From Bacteriovoracaceae bacterium (GTDB lineage Bacteria > Bdellovibrionota > Bacteriovoracia > Bacteriovoracales > Bacteriovoracaceae), in assembly GCA_049599895.1 (NCBI GenBank), contig JBMYPC010000033.1:1-25676 (forward strand): 25,676 bases of DNA, read 5' to 3'. Of this stretch, positions 1-9,295 are shown one piece after another (the first letter of the stretch is position 1; every line of letters begins with the position of its first letter). Under the pieces are notes generated by a model, which had not been told where the DNA came from, made no database searches, and was given only the letters and a program-made list of their open reading frames with translations. The position numbers and the translations under genes are program-made.

Positions 1-490
1 GATTATTTAATTCTTTTCTGATTGAATTGGTAGATTCGTTGAATTCGTTTGCAAGACCATTTAGATATCCATTATTAGCAGCACTAATAAAGAATTTAAT
101 AAGCATCCTTAGCCTGGTTTTAGATGTAATTAATGAACCTTCAGCGAGACGAGTTTCTGAACTACCAATTTTAATCTCTAAATATTTATCACCGAGAAAG
201 CCAACACTTCTAATTCCAAGAATTGAACCTTTCGTGATTTTAACTCTAGAAAGAACTTCAAATGTAATAAGAGCATTATTCTCTTGAAGTTCAATGGATT
301 GGATTCGACCAGCATTGATCCCCGCAACTTTGATTGGAGTTTTTGGAAAAATTCCAGAAGCGTCTTTAATGATTGTTCGGTAAGTAATGTAATCACCAAA
401 ACCAGATTGGTTTGATGTCACTTTTAACGACATATAAGCGGTTGCGATCATCGCAGCTATTGCTAATAATCCAACTTTGAGTTCACTCAT
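1..490 (-). CDS. mlaD: MlaD/MCE-family lipid-transport substrate-binding protein (3' end runs off window)
   Basis: Not in the ORF track. Manual translation from ATG at 490 gives MSELKVGLLAIAAMIATAYMSLKV...DASGIFPKTPIKVAGINAGRIQSIEL...IRSVGFLGDKYLEI (N-terminal TM anchor plus MCE motifs). The frame is open to the window edge and follows mlaE-mlaF. Confidence 0.88.
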   Translation of the reverse strand, partial: MSELKVGLLAIAAMIATAYMSLKVTSNQSGFGDYITYRTIIKDASGIFPKTPIKVAGINAGRIQSIELQENNALITFEVLSRVKITKGSILGIRSVGFLGDKYLEIKIGSSETRLAEGSLITSKTRLRMLIKFFISAANNGYLNGLANEFNESTNSIRKELNN

Positions 491-529
491 TAACTATCCA
501 GTTTCACAATATTTTTTGCCCAACTTCTT

Positions 530-1282
530 TCAGAGATTAATAAACCTTTTCACTAAAGGATTTTCAGATTTTTTAAACTCATCAGAAGGTAAGTATTCAA
601 CAATATTACCATGATCTAGGAAGGCCACAAAGTCGGAAATCTCTAGCGTTGCCTTTACATCATGGGAAATTATCAAAGAAGTCATTTCCTTATCTTTATG
701 ATTCTCTGATGTCTCAACAATCAAATCATTGACCATTTTAGTTGTAATTGGATCAAGTCCAGTGGTGGGCTCATCATAAAGCATAATTTTTGGGCTTAAA
801 GCTAATGCACGAGCGAGTCCCACTCTTTTTCTCATCCCACCAGAAAGCTCTGAGGGAAGTTTATGAAAGGCCTCTTTTCCTAAATTCACTGACTCTAAAA
901 TAGCTTGAGCTTTATGCTCCCTTTCTTCTTGACTTAAGTCTGTAAACTCTTTAAGAGGAAATTCCACGTTCTGACTTGCAGTCATAGAATCAAAAAGTGC
1001 GGCATACTGAAATAGCATTCCAAAGTTTTGCCGAAAACTTCGAAGTTCTGTTTTAGTGAGTGATTTAAGGTTCTCCCCTAATACTGTCACGTCCCCTTGG
1101 CTAGGTGTTAAAAGACCTAGGATATGTTTTAACAGAGTTGACTTTCCGGCTCCAGAAAAACCTAAAATCGTTGTAATTTTTCCTTTGGGTATCTTGAAAT
1201 TCAGATGTTTTAGAACAGTATGAGTACCAAAAGTTTTGGTAACATCTTTAAATTCAATAGCAGACTCAAGTTTCTCCATCAT
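530..1282 (-). CDS. mlaF: ABC transporter ATP-binding protein, MlaF family
   Basis: Walker A GFSGAGKS, signature LSGGMRKRVGLARA, Walker B MLYDEPTTGLDP; lies between mlaE and mlaD. Confidence 0.92.
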   Translation of the reverse strand: MMEKLESAIEFKDVTKTFGTHTVLKHLNFKIPKGKITTILGFSGAGKSTLLKHILGLLTPSQGDVTVLGENLKSLTKTELRSFRQNFGMLFQYAALFDSMTASQNVEFPLKEFTDLSQEEREHKAQAILESVNLGKEAFHKLPSELSGGMRKRVGLARALALSPKIMLYDEPTTGLDPITTKMVNDLIVETSENHKDKEMTSLIISHDVKATLEISDFVAFLDHGNIVEYLPSDEFKKSENPLVKRFINL

Positions 1283-1285
1283 TAA

Positions 1286-2089
1286 CTAAAGAACCTTTAT
1301 TAAAAATGAAGTTAAAAAATAATCTAAAATTAAGACGCTAATCATCCCCCAGACAACAGCAAGGTTTGTTCCTTTTCCAACTCCTTCAGCACCCTTTGTT
1401 ACCTGAAAACCAAAGTAAGTTCCAATCACAGAAATAATGAAACCAAAAACAAAAGCTTTAATGAGTCCTTGAGCAATATCTTGGACAAACATAAAGTCTC
1501 CAAGTTTTTGAAAGAAGATTGCCTCATCAATCATTAAGGCCTTGGTCCCAATTAGATAAGCACCAACATTTCCGACAAAAAGAAAAATAGCGCTAAGGAT
1601 TGGAAGTGAAATTGTGGTTGCGATGATTCTTGGAACAGCAAGATATTGAATACTACTTATTCCCATAACTTCAAGAGCATCGACCTGCTCTGTCACTTTC
1701 ATGGTTCCAATCTGAGCGGCCATAGCAGCTCCAGCACGGCCAGCAACAATAAGTCCAGAGAGAACTGGGGCCAATTCTTTTGACAATGTAATAGCAACAA
1801 CTGGTCCTACAAGAGAGTCAACATTAATAAGCTGAAAGCCAAAATAGGTTTGATAGGCCATCACCATACCAGTGAATGATCCTGCAAGGATTATGATAAA
1901 AAGACTTTTATTTCCGATGAAAAAAAGCTGTTCTAATAAAAGGTGAAAACGGTAAGGGCCTTTTCCCATCCAGTAAAAAAACCGCGCTGTAAACTGATTA
2001 ATTCGCCCAAGTCCGGCAAGAGCACTTAAGACTTTTGCCCCCAAGCTTTCTATCATTTGTACCGGTACAGTTTTAATCGTATTCAACAT
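1286..2089 (-). CDS. mlaE: ABC transporter permease, MlaE family
   Basis: KELAPVLSGLIVAGRAGAAMAAQIGTMKVTEQVDALEVMG and GAEGVGK motifs, with multiple TM segments. Confidence 0.93.
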   Translation of the reverse strand: MLNTIKTVPVQMIESLGAKVLSALAGLGRINQFTARFFYWMGKGPYRFHLLLEQLFFIGNKSLFIIILAGSFTGMVMAYQTYFGFQLINVDSLVGPVVAITLSKELAPVLSGLIVAGRAGAAMAAQIGTMKVTEQVDALEVMGISSIQYLAVPRIIATTISLPILSAIFLFVGNVGAYLIGTKALMIDEAIFFQKLGDFMFVQDIAQGLIKAFVFGFIISVIGTYFGFQVTKGAEGVGKGTNLAVVWGMISVLILDYFLTSFLIKVL

Positions 2090-2149
2090 ATGAATATTCT
2101 AATCGATGAACTTGAATGTGCCCATTAATAAAAGCTTGAATTTTATGTA

Positions 2150-3295
2150 TTAGTGATCCAAATAGATTCGCTTTACTCGCGAAGAGATATTGCACATAAC
2201 TTCATAGCTAATAGCATCCACATGAGATGAAACCCGATCAAAACCCTCCGGATCATCTCCCCATAGTGAAACAGTGTCACCTACTTTAAGAAGACTCTCA
2301 GAAGTTTTGTCGAGTTCGAGGGCCAACATATCCATACTGACATTACCAAAAATTTTCCCCTTAAAATCACCTTGTCTGATTTCAAGGTTTCGAAATTTTC
2401 TTGAAACTCCATCAGCATAGCCTAATGAGATCGTGCAAAACTCAGCTTCATGATTTACAGGGAGTGAACCGTAGCCAATTGGCATTCCTTTTGGAGCAAA
2501 AAATTTATTTAAGACTCTTCCTTTAAGTGATGAAATAATTTTTCCTTTCCATGAAAACTTTTTTCGAAGATTCGGTGCTAAAGGATTTGGCCCATACAAA
2601 ATAAGTCCGGGTCTAATATGAGTTTCTTCGTAAAAATCTGGACTTTGAACAATGGCACCGGAACTTGAAAGACTTGAAGCTTCAATCTCAATCCCATTAT
2701 TACGAATGAATTTCATTCCCTTTTTATAGTGAGATATTTGTCTTTGATTATGAGAGTTGTCTTTGAGTGAAAGAGAAGCATTGGCAAAATGAGACATATA
2801 GTGATCAATTTTTTTTCGACCAGATTTTTTGATCAAATGGCAAATATCATTTAAATCATCATCGTCGACACAAAGACCAAGACGGTTCATTCCAGTGTTA
2901 AACTTTAAAACTAAAGGTGTGTTTTGAAATTGAGAATCATCTAAAAATTGTTTCAAGTCTTCTTTGTTAGATAAAACAGGAATTAAACGATTATTGCTAT
3001 AGATTTCAGAAGCATCATCACGAGAAAAACCAAGTTCAGAAAAAACATAGAGATCAAAATCATTATCCTGACTAAGATTATGTCTTAAACTGAGGGCCTC
3101 TTTTAAAGTCGCAACTCCAAATTCCTTGATTTCAAGTTTTCGATGCATGTAATCCGTAAGAGCGACAGCACCATTACCATAGGCATTGGCCTTCACCATA
3201 GCTAATATTGATTTTTCTCCAGCGTGATTTTTAATCTCGGAGATATTATGGGAAAGTGCAGCGAAACTGACTTCCAGTATGCGATCATCATCCAT
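2150..3295 (-). CDS. alr: Alanine racemase
   Basis: PLP lysine motif MVKANAYGNG, NTGMNRLG, IRPGLILYG, catalytic PIGYG, GYADG, GNVSMDM, ISYEVMC. Confidence 0.92.
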   Translation of the reverse strand: MDDDRILEVSFAALSHNISEIKNHAGEKSILAMVKANAYGNGAVALTDYMHRKLEIKEFGVATLKEALSLRHNLSQDNDFDLYVFSELGFSRDDASEIYSNNRLIPVLSNKEDLKQFLDDSQFQNTPLVLKFNTGMNRLGLCVDDDDLNDICHLIKKSGRKKIDHYMSHFANASLSLKDNSHNQRQISHYKKGMKFIRNNGIEIEASSLSSSGAIVQSPDFYEETHIRPGLILYGPNPLAPNLRKKFSWKGKIISSLKGRVLNKFFAPKGMPIGYGSLPVNHEAEFCTISLGYADGVSRKFRNLEIRQGDFKGKIFGNVSMDMLALELDKTSESLLKVGDTVSLWGDDPEGFDRVSSHVDAISYEVMCNISSRVKRIYLDH

Positions 3296-3300
3296 GAAAG

Positions 3301-4920
3301 CTAGTTTACAATAGATGTTCTTCTTGGTCGAACCGCTGAGCGAGGTAGCTTCTTAGAAGGAGCTGAATTTAAGGTTTCCCTAATCGTATTAGGTTTAAAC
3401 TCTGGCCTTTGACTCTTTATACCAATTAAACTCGATAGCGAAAGAGGTCTCGATCGAACCGTTGGTTTGAGATCAGAGATAACAAGTTCACTAGCAGAGT
3501 CAAAGAATCTCCAAAATGGAAATTGTTTTGCGTAGTTTTTTACAACAGAATCAAATTCATCTGAATCAGTTTCAGAAATTAAAAAAGCAACTTTATACCC
3601 AGAAAGAGTTGAATAACGAAAAGAAACATTAAGCTTTGAAATGAGCGGCTTAAAAAATTCCCTCATAAAGGCACTGAACTGAAATTCAAGGTTTGGTTTG
3701 TTTGCTATGGTTTGAAAGAGAGTTCTAAACTCAATGGTTTTAAGAATTGAATTTCTTCCCTCTAAAGAACGACTTTGATTATCAATAAGTTCATAAAAAT
3801 CAAAGCTATTCATTTCACTTGTGACCTGTAGCCCATTAGCAGCTCTTCTTAAAAGATTTCGCGAATAAACATTATTAAGGTTTTGCTCAAGCTCTTGCCA
3901 CTTAAAGCCTCGATCACAGTCTTCATCTGCTTCGATAAAAATCAAAGCTTGTGGTTGTTTTCTTGAATCGTAAAGATAAAGAACTTGGAAACAACCACCC
4001 CATAAATCAAGAACCACTTGCATGGCCTGATTCTGACCGACAATTCCCACTCCATCTTGATTCGCTTCACCAAGCCATAGAGGCGGAAGCTTTTCAAATT
4101 TTTCTTCTGAGTAGCGCGGAGAAATGAGGCGATTATTATTTGGTCCTAAAAGATAGATCCCAAACCTTTTTGTAAAAGCCAGTTCATCCATTCGAGTGGA
4201 GAGCCCTTTAAAGAAATCAACATCTTCCCAAAGAGGACTTAAGTGCTCAGTGGTTTGAACCAAAAGTTCTCGATAGAACTTCTCTCTTTTAAGACTCTCA
4301 CTTTCTTCTATTATTTTTTTATAACTTTGTTTGGTTTTTTGAAGTTCATTAATACTTTGATCTTTAGCTTCAACAAGATGATCCTCACCCTCGATGCGTT
4401 CAAGAACAAGTTTCAGCTGTCCCGCAAGAGAGCCTGTTGTATTAATAAGCCCATAGTTTTTCACTTCAAAGGCCGAAAAAAGAAGAGGCTGTGTTTTAGA
4501 GTTATAGAAAAAACAAAGACGGATATCATTGTTTTTAACTTGAGGATGATTTTGAAGAACCACGTCCTCTTCACTCATATGTCTTACATCAACAATAGCG
4601 AGATCAATCGATTCAAGTTTAATCAATTCATAGAAGTCTTTAAGGCTTGAAACGTACAATGCCTTAGTATCAATTTTCTTTAAAACAGATTGAAATCGTG
4701 ACTGTTGATGAGAATCAGAAGTTAAAACAGCAATTGTTAACTCAGAATTTTGCGAAGTTTCTTCATAAGAGTCTTTGGGAAAAAGAGTATTGATCTTAGA
4801 CTTTAATTCGTTTGAGTTTTTAAGAAACTCTTGACCTTCAGAATTCAAATCTGACTCCTTGTCATCATGTTCAAAACCAGTCATTGGCTTAGCTCTTGCC
4901 CTCTGTTGGAATGGGGCCAA
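3301..4920 (-). CDS. Hypothetical protein with receiver-like N-terminus, coiled coil and possible degenerate GAF/GGDEF-like C-terminus
   Basis: 539-aa ORF in operon context between aroK and alr. IDLAIVDVRH resembles a REC beta3 strand. The start may be the ATG at 4884. Domain calls are tentative. Confidence 0.6.
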   Translation of the reverse strand: MAPFQQRARAKPMTGFEHDDKESDLNSEGQEFLKNSNELKSKINTLFPKDSYEETSQNSELTIAVLTSDSHQQSRFQSVLKKIDTKALYVSSLKDFYELIKLESIDLAIVDVRHMSEEDVVLQNHPQVKNNDIRLCFFYNSKTQPLLFSAFEVKNYGLINTTGSLAGQLKLVLERIEGEDHLVEAKDQSINELQKTKQSYKKIIEESESLKREKFYRELLVQTTEHLSPLWEDVDFFKGLSTRMDELAFTKRFGIYLLGPNNNRLISPRYSEEKFEKLPPLWLGEANQDGVGIVGQNQAMQVVLDLWGGCFQVLYLYDSRKQPQALIFIEADEDCDRGFKWQELEQNLNNVYSRNLLRRAANGLQVTSEMNSFDFYELIDNQSRSLEGRNSILKTIEFRTLFQTIANKPNLEFQFSAFMREFFKPLISKLNVSFRYSTLSGYKVAFLISETDSDEFDSVVKNYAKQFPFWRFFDSASELVISDLKPTVRSRPLSLSSLIGIKSQRPEFKPNTIRETLNSAPSKKLPRSAVRPRRTSIVN

Positions 4921-4981
4921 ACTCTCTACAAGCTTTATAGTAAAGAGCCTTTAAAATTATGCCTCAGAAAATATCTCGAGT

Positions 4982-5527
4982 CTAGCTATCCGCATCAAGA
5001 AGGCCCAATTCCCCGAGCCTTTGAAGAAAATCCTGAAAATTTTGTATCTTTTTAAGATCTTTGGGACCAATGTGACACTGCGCGGCTCCGTACTGCTCAA
5101 GCCGTGATTCAAAAAGCTCTCTTAAACCAGACTCACCCTTCTCAAGTACCAAGGGCCTTTCTGGGTCATCCTTGATTCTCTCAAAGCAAGTTTCAAAAGG
5201 AATATTCAGCCAAACCAATAAGGCCTCGGCTTCTAAAATAACCTTTAAGTTCTCAGCTGACACTGCGCCGCCGCCAAGGCTTAAGACTTGATCCATCTCT
5301 TGGTTGTCCTCTAAAAAGCTTTTAAGCTCTTTAGTCTCGGCCTCTCGGAACTGAGTCCAACCGTTTGATTTTACGAAACTAGCAATGCTTTCTCCACCAA
5401 GTCTTTCGACAATTCTCTTGTCGAGATCAAAGACCTTCACGTCTGGAGAGCTGAGTTTATTGGCAAGAGTTGTTTTGCCGCAGCCCATAAAACCACATAA
5501 TAGTATTTTCCTTGCCATATTACCCAC
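4982..5527 (-). CDS. aroK: Shikimate kinase
   Basis: P-loop GFMGCGKTT, DLD, FREAE, SLGGG and RPL motifs. The start may be the ATG at 5518. Confidence 0.92.
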   Translation of the reverse strand: MGNMARKILLCGFMGCGKTTLANKLSSPDVKVFDLDKRIVERLGGESIASFVKSNGWTQFREAETKELKSFLEDNQEMDQVLSLGGGAVSAENLKVILEAEALLVWLNIPFETCFERIKDDPERPLVLEKGESGLRELFESRLEQYGAAQCHIGPKDLKKIQNFQDFLQRLGELGLLDADS

Positions 5528-5607
5528 TTACGACTTGCTTCATTGAGTGAATTATCGTAAATATCCTATCTCAATAAAGCTTATGTTGAAAATTTACGGA
5601 GTTGAAA

Positions 5608-5829
5608 ATGGCTGTTCCAAAGAAAAAAACGAGTGTCTCAAGAAAAGGTTTACGCAGAGCTGGACACACTCACAAGCTTTCAAACAATAAAAATGTTACT
5701 GTTTGCAATGACTCAGGTGAGCTCTCACTTAAAGGATATATTTCTCCAGGTGGTTTCTGGAAAGGTAAAAAAATCTTCGAAACGAAAGCGGATAGAGCTG
5801 AAGAAGAAGAAACAGCGACAGAAGAGTAG
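5608..5829 (+). CDS. rpmF: 50S ribosomal protein bL32
   Basis: MAVPKKKTSVSRKGLRRA N-terminus; GGAG RBS at 5598-5601 favours ATG 5608; canonical position upstream of the fab genes. Confidence 0.92.
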   Translation: MAVPKKKTSVSRKGLRRAGHTHKLSNNKNVTVCNDSGELSLKGYISPGGFWKGKKIFETKADRAEEEETATEE

Positions 5830-5917
5830 ATTTCTCTCCTCCTTTTGCTTGCTAAAATTACGCTTGCCAATCGAAGCTAATTTTTAAAGAATCATAAATC
5901 TTATAAAGATAGAAATG

Positions 5918-5949
5918 AACCCAAACTTTATGTTTGGGTTTCGTTTTTT
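5918..5949 (+). terminator. Intrinsic terminator-like hairpin between rpmF and fabH
   Basis: AACCCAAAC-tttat-GTTTGGGTT 9-bp stem followed by TCGTTTTTT. Confidence 0.55.
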
Positions 5950-5979
5950 GTGGGCCCAAAATAAAAGTAGGATTACCCT

Positions 5980-6975
5980 ATGTATCAAACTAAAGTTCTC
6001 TCTACCGGGATCTATACTCCTCCAAAAGTTCTCACTAACCAAGACCTTGAAAAATTTCTCGATACTTCTAATGAATGGATCATTGAAAGGACAGGTATCA
6101 AGCAAAGACATGTAAGTTCTTACCAAGAAGGTGAATTCGGAACTGACATGGCCCATAAAGCTTCTTTGCAAGCTCTTGAAAGAGCCGGGCTTGAAGCCAA
6201 TGACATTGACCTTATCCTCTACGCGACTTGTACAGCGGACTACAAACTCCCAAGTTCTTCTTGCGTTCTTCAACATAAACTCGGAATCACCAATCAATGT
6301 GCAGCAGTTGATCTTGCAGCAGCTTGCTCTGGTTATGTTTATGCCTTTCATATGGCCGATGCCCTTATCAAAACAGGAATGAATAAAAACGTTCTTATTG
6401 TTGGCGCTGAAATTATGACAAGAGAAGTAGACTGGGAAGATCGAACGATGTGCGTTCTCTTTGGAGATGCCGCGGGAGCGACTATTCTTAGTCGAGCTGA
6501 AGAAGGTGACGCTTCCCAAGTTCTTTCATCTCACATCAGTGCTGATGGATCAGGATGGGATCTCTTTACTCATCTTAAAGGTGGAACGAAAGAACCTGTT
6601 ACTAAAGAGGACATTGAAGAGCGTAAAAACTTCATGGCCATGCGAGGACGTGACCTCTTTAAGGTGGCCACTCGAACCCTCGCTGAAAATGTCAAAATCG
6701 TTGCAGAGAAAGCCAACGTAAGCATTGATGACATCAATTGGCTCATTCCCCATCAGGCCAACATTCGTATCATCGAACACACGGGAAAAATCCTGGATAT
6801 CCCAAAAGAAAAAGTCGTTATCAATATTCAAAAATACGGAAATACTTCTTCCGCAACTATTCCCCTTGCTTTTCACGAAGCGATTGAAGAAGGAAAGATC
6901 AAAAGGGGTGATCTCGTCCTATTCGATGCTTTCGGTGCAGGAGTCACTGCTGGGGCAACTCTGATTCGTTACTAA
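5980..6975 (+). CDS. fabH: 3-oxoacyl-ACP synthase III
   Basis: WIIERTGI, AACSG (catalytic Cys), LFGDAAGA, PHQANIRI (His), YGNTSSA (Asn). Confidence 0.96.
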   Translation: MYQTKVLSTGIYTPPKVLTNQDLEKFLDTSNEWIIERTGIKQRHVSSYQEGEFGTDMAHKASLQALERAGLEANDIDLILYATCTADYKLPSSSCVLQHKLGITNQCAAVDLAAACSGYVYAFHMADALIKTGMNKNVLIVGAEIMTREVDWEDRTMCVLFGDAAGATILSRAEEGDASQVLSSHISADGSGWDLFTHLKGGTKEPVTKEDIEERKNFMAMRGRDLFKVATRTLAENVKIVAEKANVSIDDINWLIPHQANIRIIEHTGKILDIPKEKVVINIQKYGNTSSATIPLAFHEAIEEGKIKRGDLVLFDAFGAGVTAGATLIRY

Positions 6976-6995
6976 AATTCAAAACGGAGATCGTT

Positions 6996-7940
6996 ATGAC
7001 AAAAGTTGTATTACTTTTCCCTGGACAAGGTTCTCAGTACGTCGGCATGGCCTCAAAGTTTAAAGGTCATAAACTTCTTGAACAGGCCAACTCAGCTCTT
7101 GATTTTAATCTTGAAAACCTTATGCTTGAAGGTCCTGCTGAAGATTTAACTCTTACCATGAATACTCAGCCAGCGATTGTCACTCATAGTTTAATTCTTT
7201 TTGAAGAACTCAAGCCTCTTCTTGAAAAAGCTGGCGCCTCCATTGAATGTGTTCTTGGTCATTCAGTTGGCGAATACGCCGCTCTCTCTGCAGCTGGAGC
7301 CCTTAATTTTACCGATGCTGTTAAGGCCGTAAACCAAAGAGGGAAATACATGCAAGAAGCTGTTCCCGCTGGTGTCGGTGGAATGCTTGCGGTTTTAAAA
7401 GTTCCCGAGGAAGTGGTCGTTAAAGGTTGTGAAGAAGTTTCGAAAACTCATGGTAAAATTATGCCAGCAAACTTCAATGATCCCACTCAAATTGTCATTT
7501 CAGGTGAACTCAAAGCAATCGAAGAATTCCCTAATTGGCTAAAAGAAAATTATGAAAAGCCTTCAAGAGCAATTCCTTTAAAAGTTTCAGCTCCCTTTCA
7601 CTCCTCTTTAATGGAACCAGCGGCGAATGCAATGAAAGATTTTTTAGAGTCTATAAGTTTTGAAAAACTGAGTCTTCCCTACATCGCAAATGTTGATGCC
7701 AAACTTTACGGTCTTGATACAGAAGCTCCAACCATAAAATCAAACCTTGTCACACAAATGGCAGGAAGTGTTCTTTGGACTCAAAGTATAAGAACTTTAG
7801 ATAGTGATGTTAAGGCCATTGAAGTTGGTCCAGGAAAAGTTCTCACAGGACTCATGAGAAAGATTAACCCTGAAATCAAAGTTCACACTCTTGATAAAGA
7901 CGATAGCTTTGAGAAATTAGAAGAATTTTTACTCTCTTGA
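6996..7940 (+). CDS. fabD: Malonyl-CoA:ACP transacylase
   Basis: FPGQGSQ, TQPAI, GHSVGEY, VSAPFHS, EVGPGKVL. Confidence 0.96.
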   Translation: MTKVVLLFPGQGSQYVGMASKFKGHKLLEQANSALDFNLENLMLEGPAEDLTLTMNTQPAIVTHSLILFEELKPLLEKAGASIECVLGHSVGEYAALSAAGALNFTDAVKAVNQRGKYMQEAVPAGVGGMLAVLKVPEEVVVKGCEEVSKTHGKIMPANFNDPTQIVISGELKAIEEFPNWLKENYEKPSRAIPLKVSAPFHSSLMEPAANAMKDFLESISFEKLSLPYIANVDAKLYGLDTEAPTIKSNLVTQMAGSVLWTQSIRTLDSDVKAIEVGPGKVLTGLMRKINPEIKVHTLDKDDSFEKLEEFLLS

Positions 7941-7960
7941 TAAAAAATAAAGGATTGAAA

Positions 7961-8725
7961 ATGAACCCTATTTTTCCTGATCTTAAAAACAAAAAAATCT
8001 TAATTACCGGTGCAACGAGAGGAATTGGAAAATCAATTGCTCTTTCTCTTGCAGCACAAGGAAGTCACATCATCTTTAACTATCGAGAAGGCAAAGAAGA
8101 TGTTGCAAAAGAACTTCAAGCTGAACTTAAAAATGCTGGAGCCGCTGATGCTCACTACGTTGAGTTTGATGTGAACAATACTGAACAGATGAAAGAAAAT
8201 CTCAACAACCTTATTAAAGAGATTGGACCTTTTGAAGGACTCGTTAACAACGCAGGGATTTCAAAGGATACACTTGCTCTAAGGCTCAAAGAAGAAGAAC
8301 TTGGAAGAATTCTTGATACAAATCTTAAGTCAGCAATTCTTCTCACAAGTCATCTCACAAGAAGTTTTTTAAAGGCCGAGAATGTTTCAATCGTGAACAT
8401 GAGTTCTGTAGTTGGACTTATGGGAAATCCTTCACAAATAGCATACGCCGCATCAAAGGCTGGAATGATTGGTTTTACAAAGTCTTATGCTAAGGAGCTT
8501 TCCAGTAAGAATATTCGATGTAACGCTGTGTGCCCAGGGTTTATTGCCACAGATATGACCGCAGCACTGGAAGAAAAGGCAAAAGACGTGTATCTTGATG
8601 CCATTCCCTTAAAGAGATTTGGTGATTCCCAAGAGGTTGCGAATTTAGTAAGTTTCCTCCTGAGTAATGCTTCAGCTTATATCACCGGGGAAACTTTAAA
8701 GATCGACGGTGGTCTTTATATTTAA
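7961..8725 (+). CDS. fabG: 3-oxoacyl-ACP reductase
   Basis: TGATRGIG, NNAGI, YAASKAG, PGFIATDMT; AAGGA RBS favours ATG 7961; lies between fabD and acpP. Confidence 0.94.
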   Translation: MNPIFPDLKNKKILITGATRGIGKSIALSLAAQGSHIIFNYREGKEDVAKELQAELKNAGAADAHYVEFDVNNTEQMKENLNNLIKEIGPFEGLVNNAGISKDTLALRLKEEELGRILDTNLKSAILLTSHLTRSFLKAENVSIVNMSSVVGLMGNPSQIAYAASKAGMIGFTKSYAKELSSKNIRCNAVCPGFIATDMTAALEEKAKDVYLDAIPLKRFGDSQEVANLVSFLLSNASAYITGETLKIDGGLYI

Positions 8726-8771
8726 TTTAAAACAATGAGTTTATAGATACTGTCTTTGTAAGGAGTAAAAA

Positions 8772-8996
8772 ATGCAAGAAAAAGTAATCAAGTTAATCAG
8801 TGATGCAACTAAAATCGAAGAAGGGAAAATCAAGCTTGAAACTAGTTTTGTTGAAGACCTAAACCTTGATTCATTAGACATCGTAGAGCTTATGATGAAA
8901 ATGGAAGATGAGTTTGGTGTTGATATCCCAGAAGAAGATGCTGAAGGTCTTAAGACTGTTCAGGACATTGTGTCATATCTTGAGAAAAAGCAGTGA
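8772..8996 (+). CDS. acpP: Acyl carrier protein
   Basis: DLNLDSLDIVEL phosphopantetheine site; acidic 74 aa; AAGGAG RBS. Confidence 0.97.
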   Translation: MQEKVIKLISDATKIEEGKIKLETSFVEDLNLDSLDIVELMMKMEDEFGVDIPEEDAEGLKTVQDIVSYLEKKQ

Positions 8997-9156
8997 AAAC
9001 GACCAAGTTTTCACGCCCCGCAGACCGGTTTGCGGCAAAGTGTACCAGTGGTACACTTTGAAGCATCAAGCGGAATTTTGACTTCCGCTGGGTTCACAAA
9101 AACTTGCCTTGTGGCAACTTTTTATGCACACCGGAGTAAGCGTCAGCGCACGGTCT
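8993..9156. repeat. Multi-hairpin structured element (REP/BIME-like repeat or ncRNA)
   Basis: Abutting inverted repeats at 8993-9014, 9018-9035, 9036-9060, 9069-9089 and 9098-9123, plus a possible closing pair AGACCG (9022-9027) / CGGTCT (9151-9156). Confidence 0.6.
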
Positions 9157-9192
9157 TAAGTGGAAACAAACTCACAAATGAAAATATTATTT

Positions 9193-9219
9193 AGGCCACT
9201 CTTTGAGTGGCCTTTTTTT
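9193..9219 (+). terminator. Rho-independent terminator downstream of acpP
   Basis: AGGCCACTC-ttt-GAGTGGCCT perfect 9-bp stem followed by a T run. Confidence 0.85.
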
Positions 9220-9230
9220 GTGCAATTCGC

Positions 9231-9260
9231 TTGGTAATCAGCCTCCTCTCTAGGTATTAT
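9231..9260 (+). promoter_or_regulatory. Candidate sigma70 promoter for fabF-glyA
   Basis: TTGGTA-N18-TATTAT, located just after the terminator and 35 nt before the fabF ATG. Confidence 0.35.
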
Positions 9261-9295
9261 CCCCCTGAAAAATTCATTTAAAAAAGGTGTCATTA

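Noticed and set aside
27..399. Track ORFs 27..287(+) and 178..399(-)
   Set aside because: Shadow and alternative frames of the partial mlaD gene, which has clear MCE motifs.
2150..3295. alr motif AYGNG instead of AYGHG as a sign of inactivation
   Set aside because: The catalytic Lys and Tyr motifs are intact, so a single substitution is not evidence of lost function.
8993..9156. Hairpin array as a tRNA, CRISPR array, integron attC or known riboswitch
   Set aside because: It has no T-loop or CCA, no repeat-spacer periodicity, no attC-like architecture or nearby integron integrase, and no aptamer consensus I recognise.
8946..9160. 9-bp direct repeat GGTCTTAAG at 8946-8954 and 9152-9160 as a target-site duplication of the hairpin element
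   Set aside because: The left copy is inside intact acpP coding sequence about 40 bp from the first hairpin, so it does not flank the element. Probably chance.
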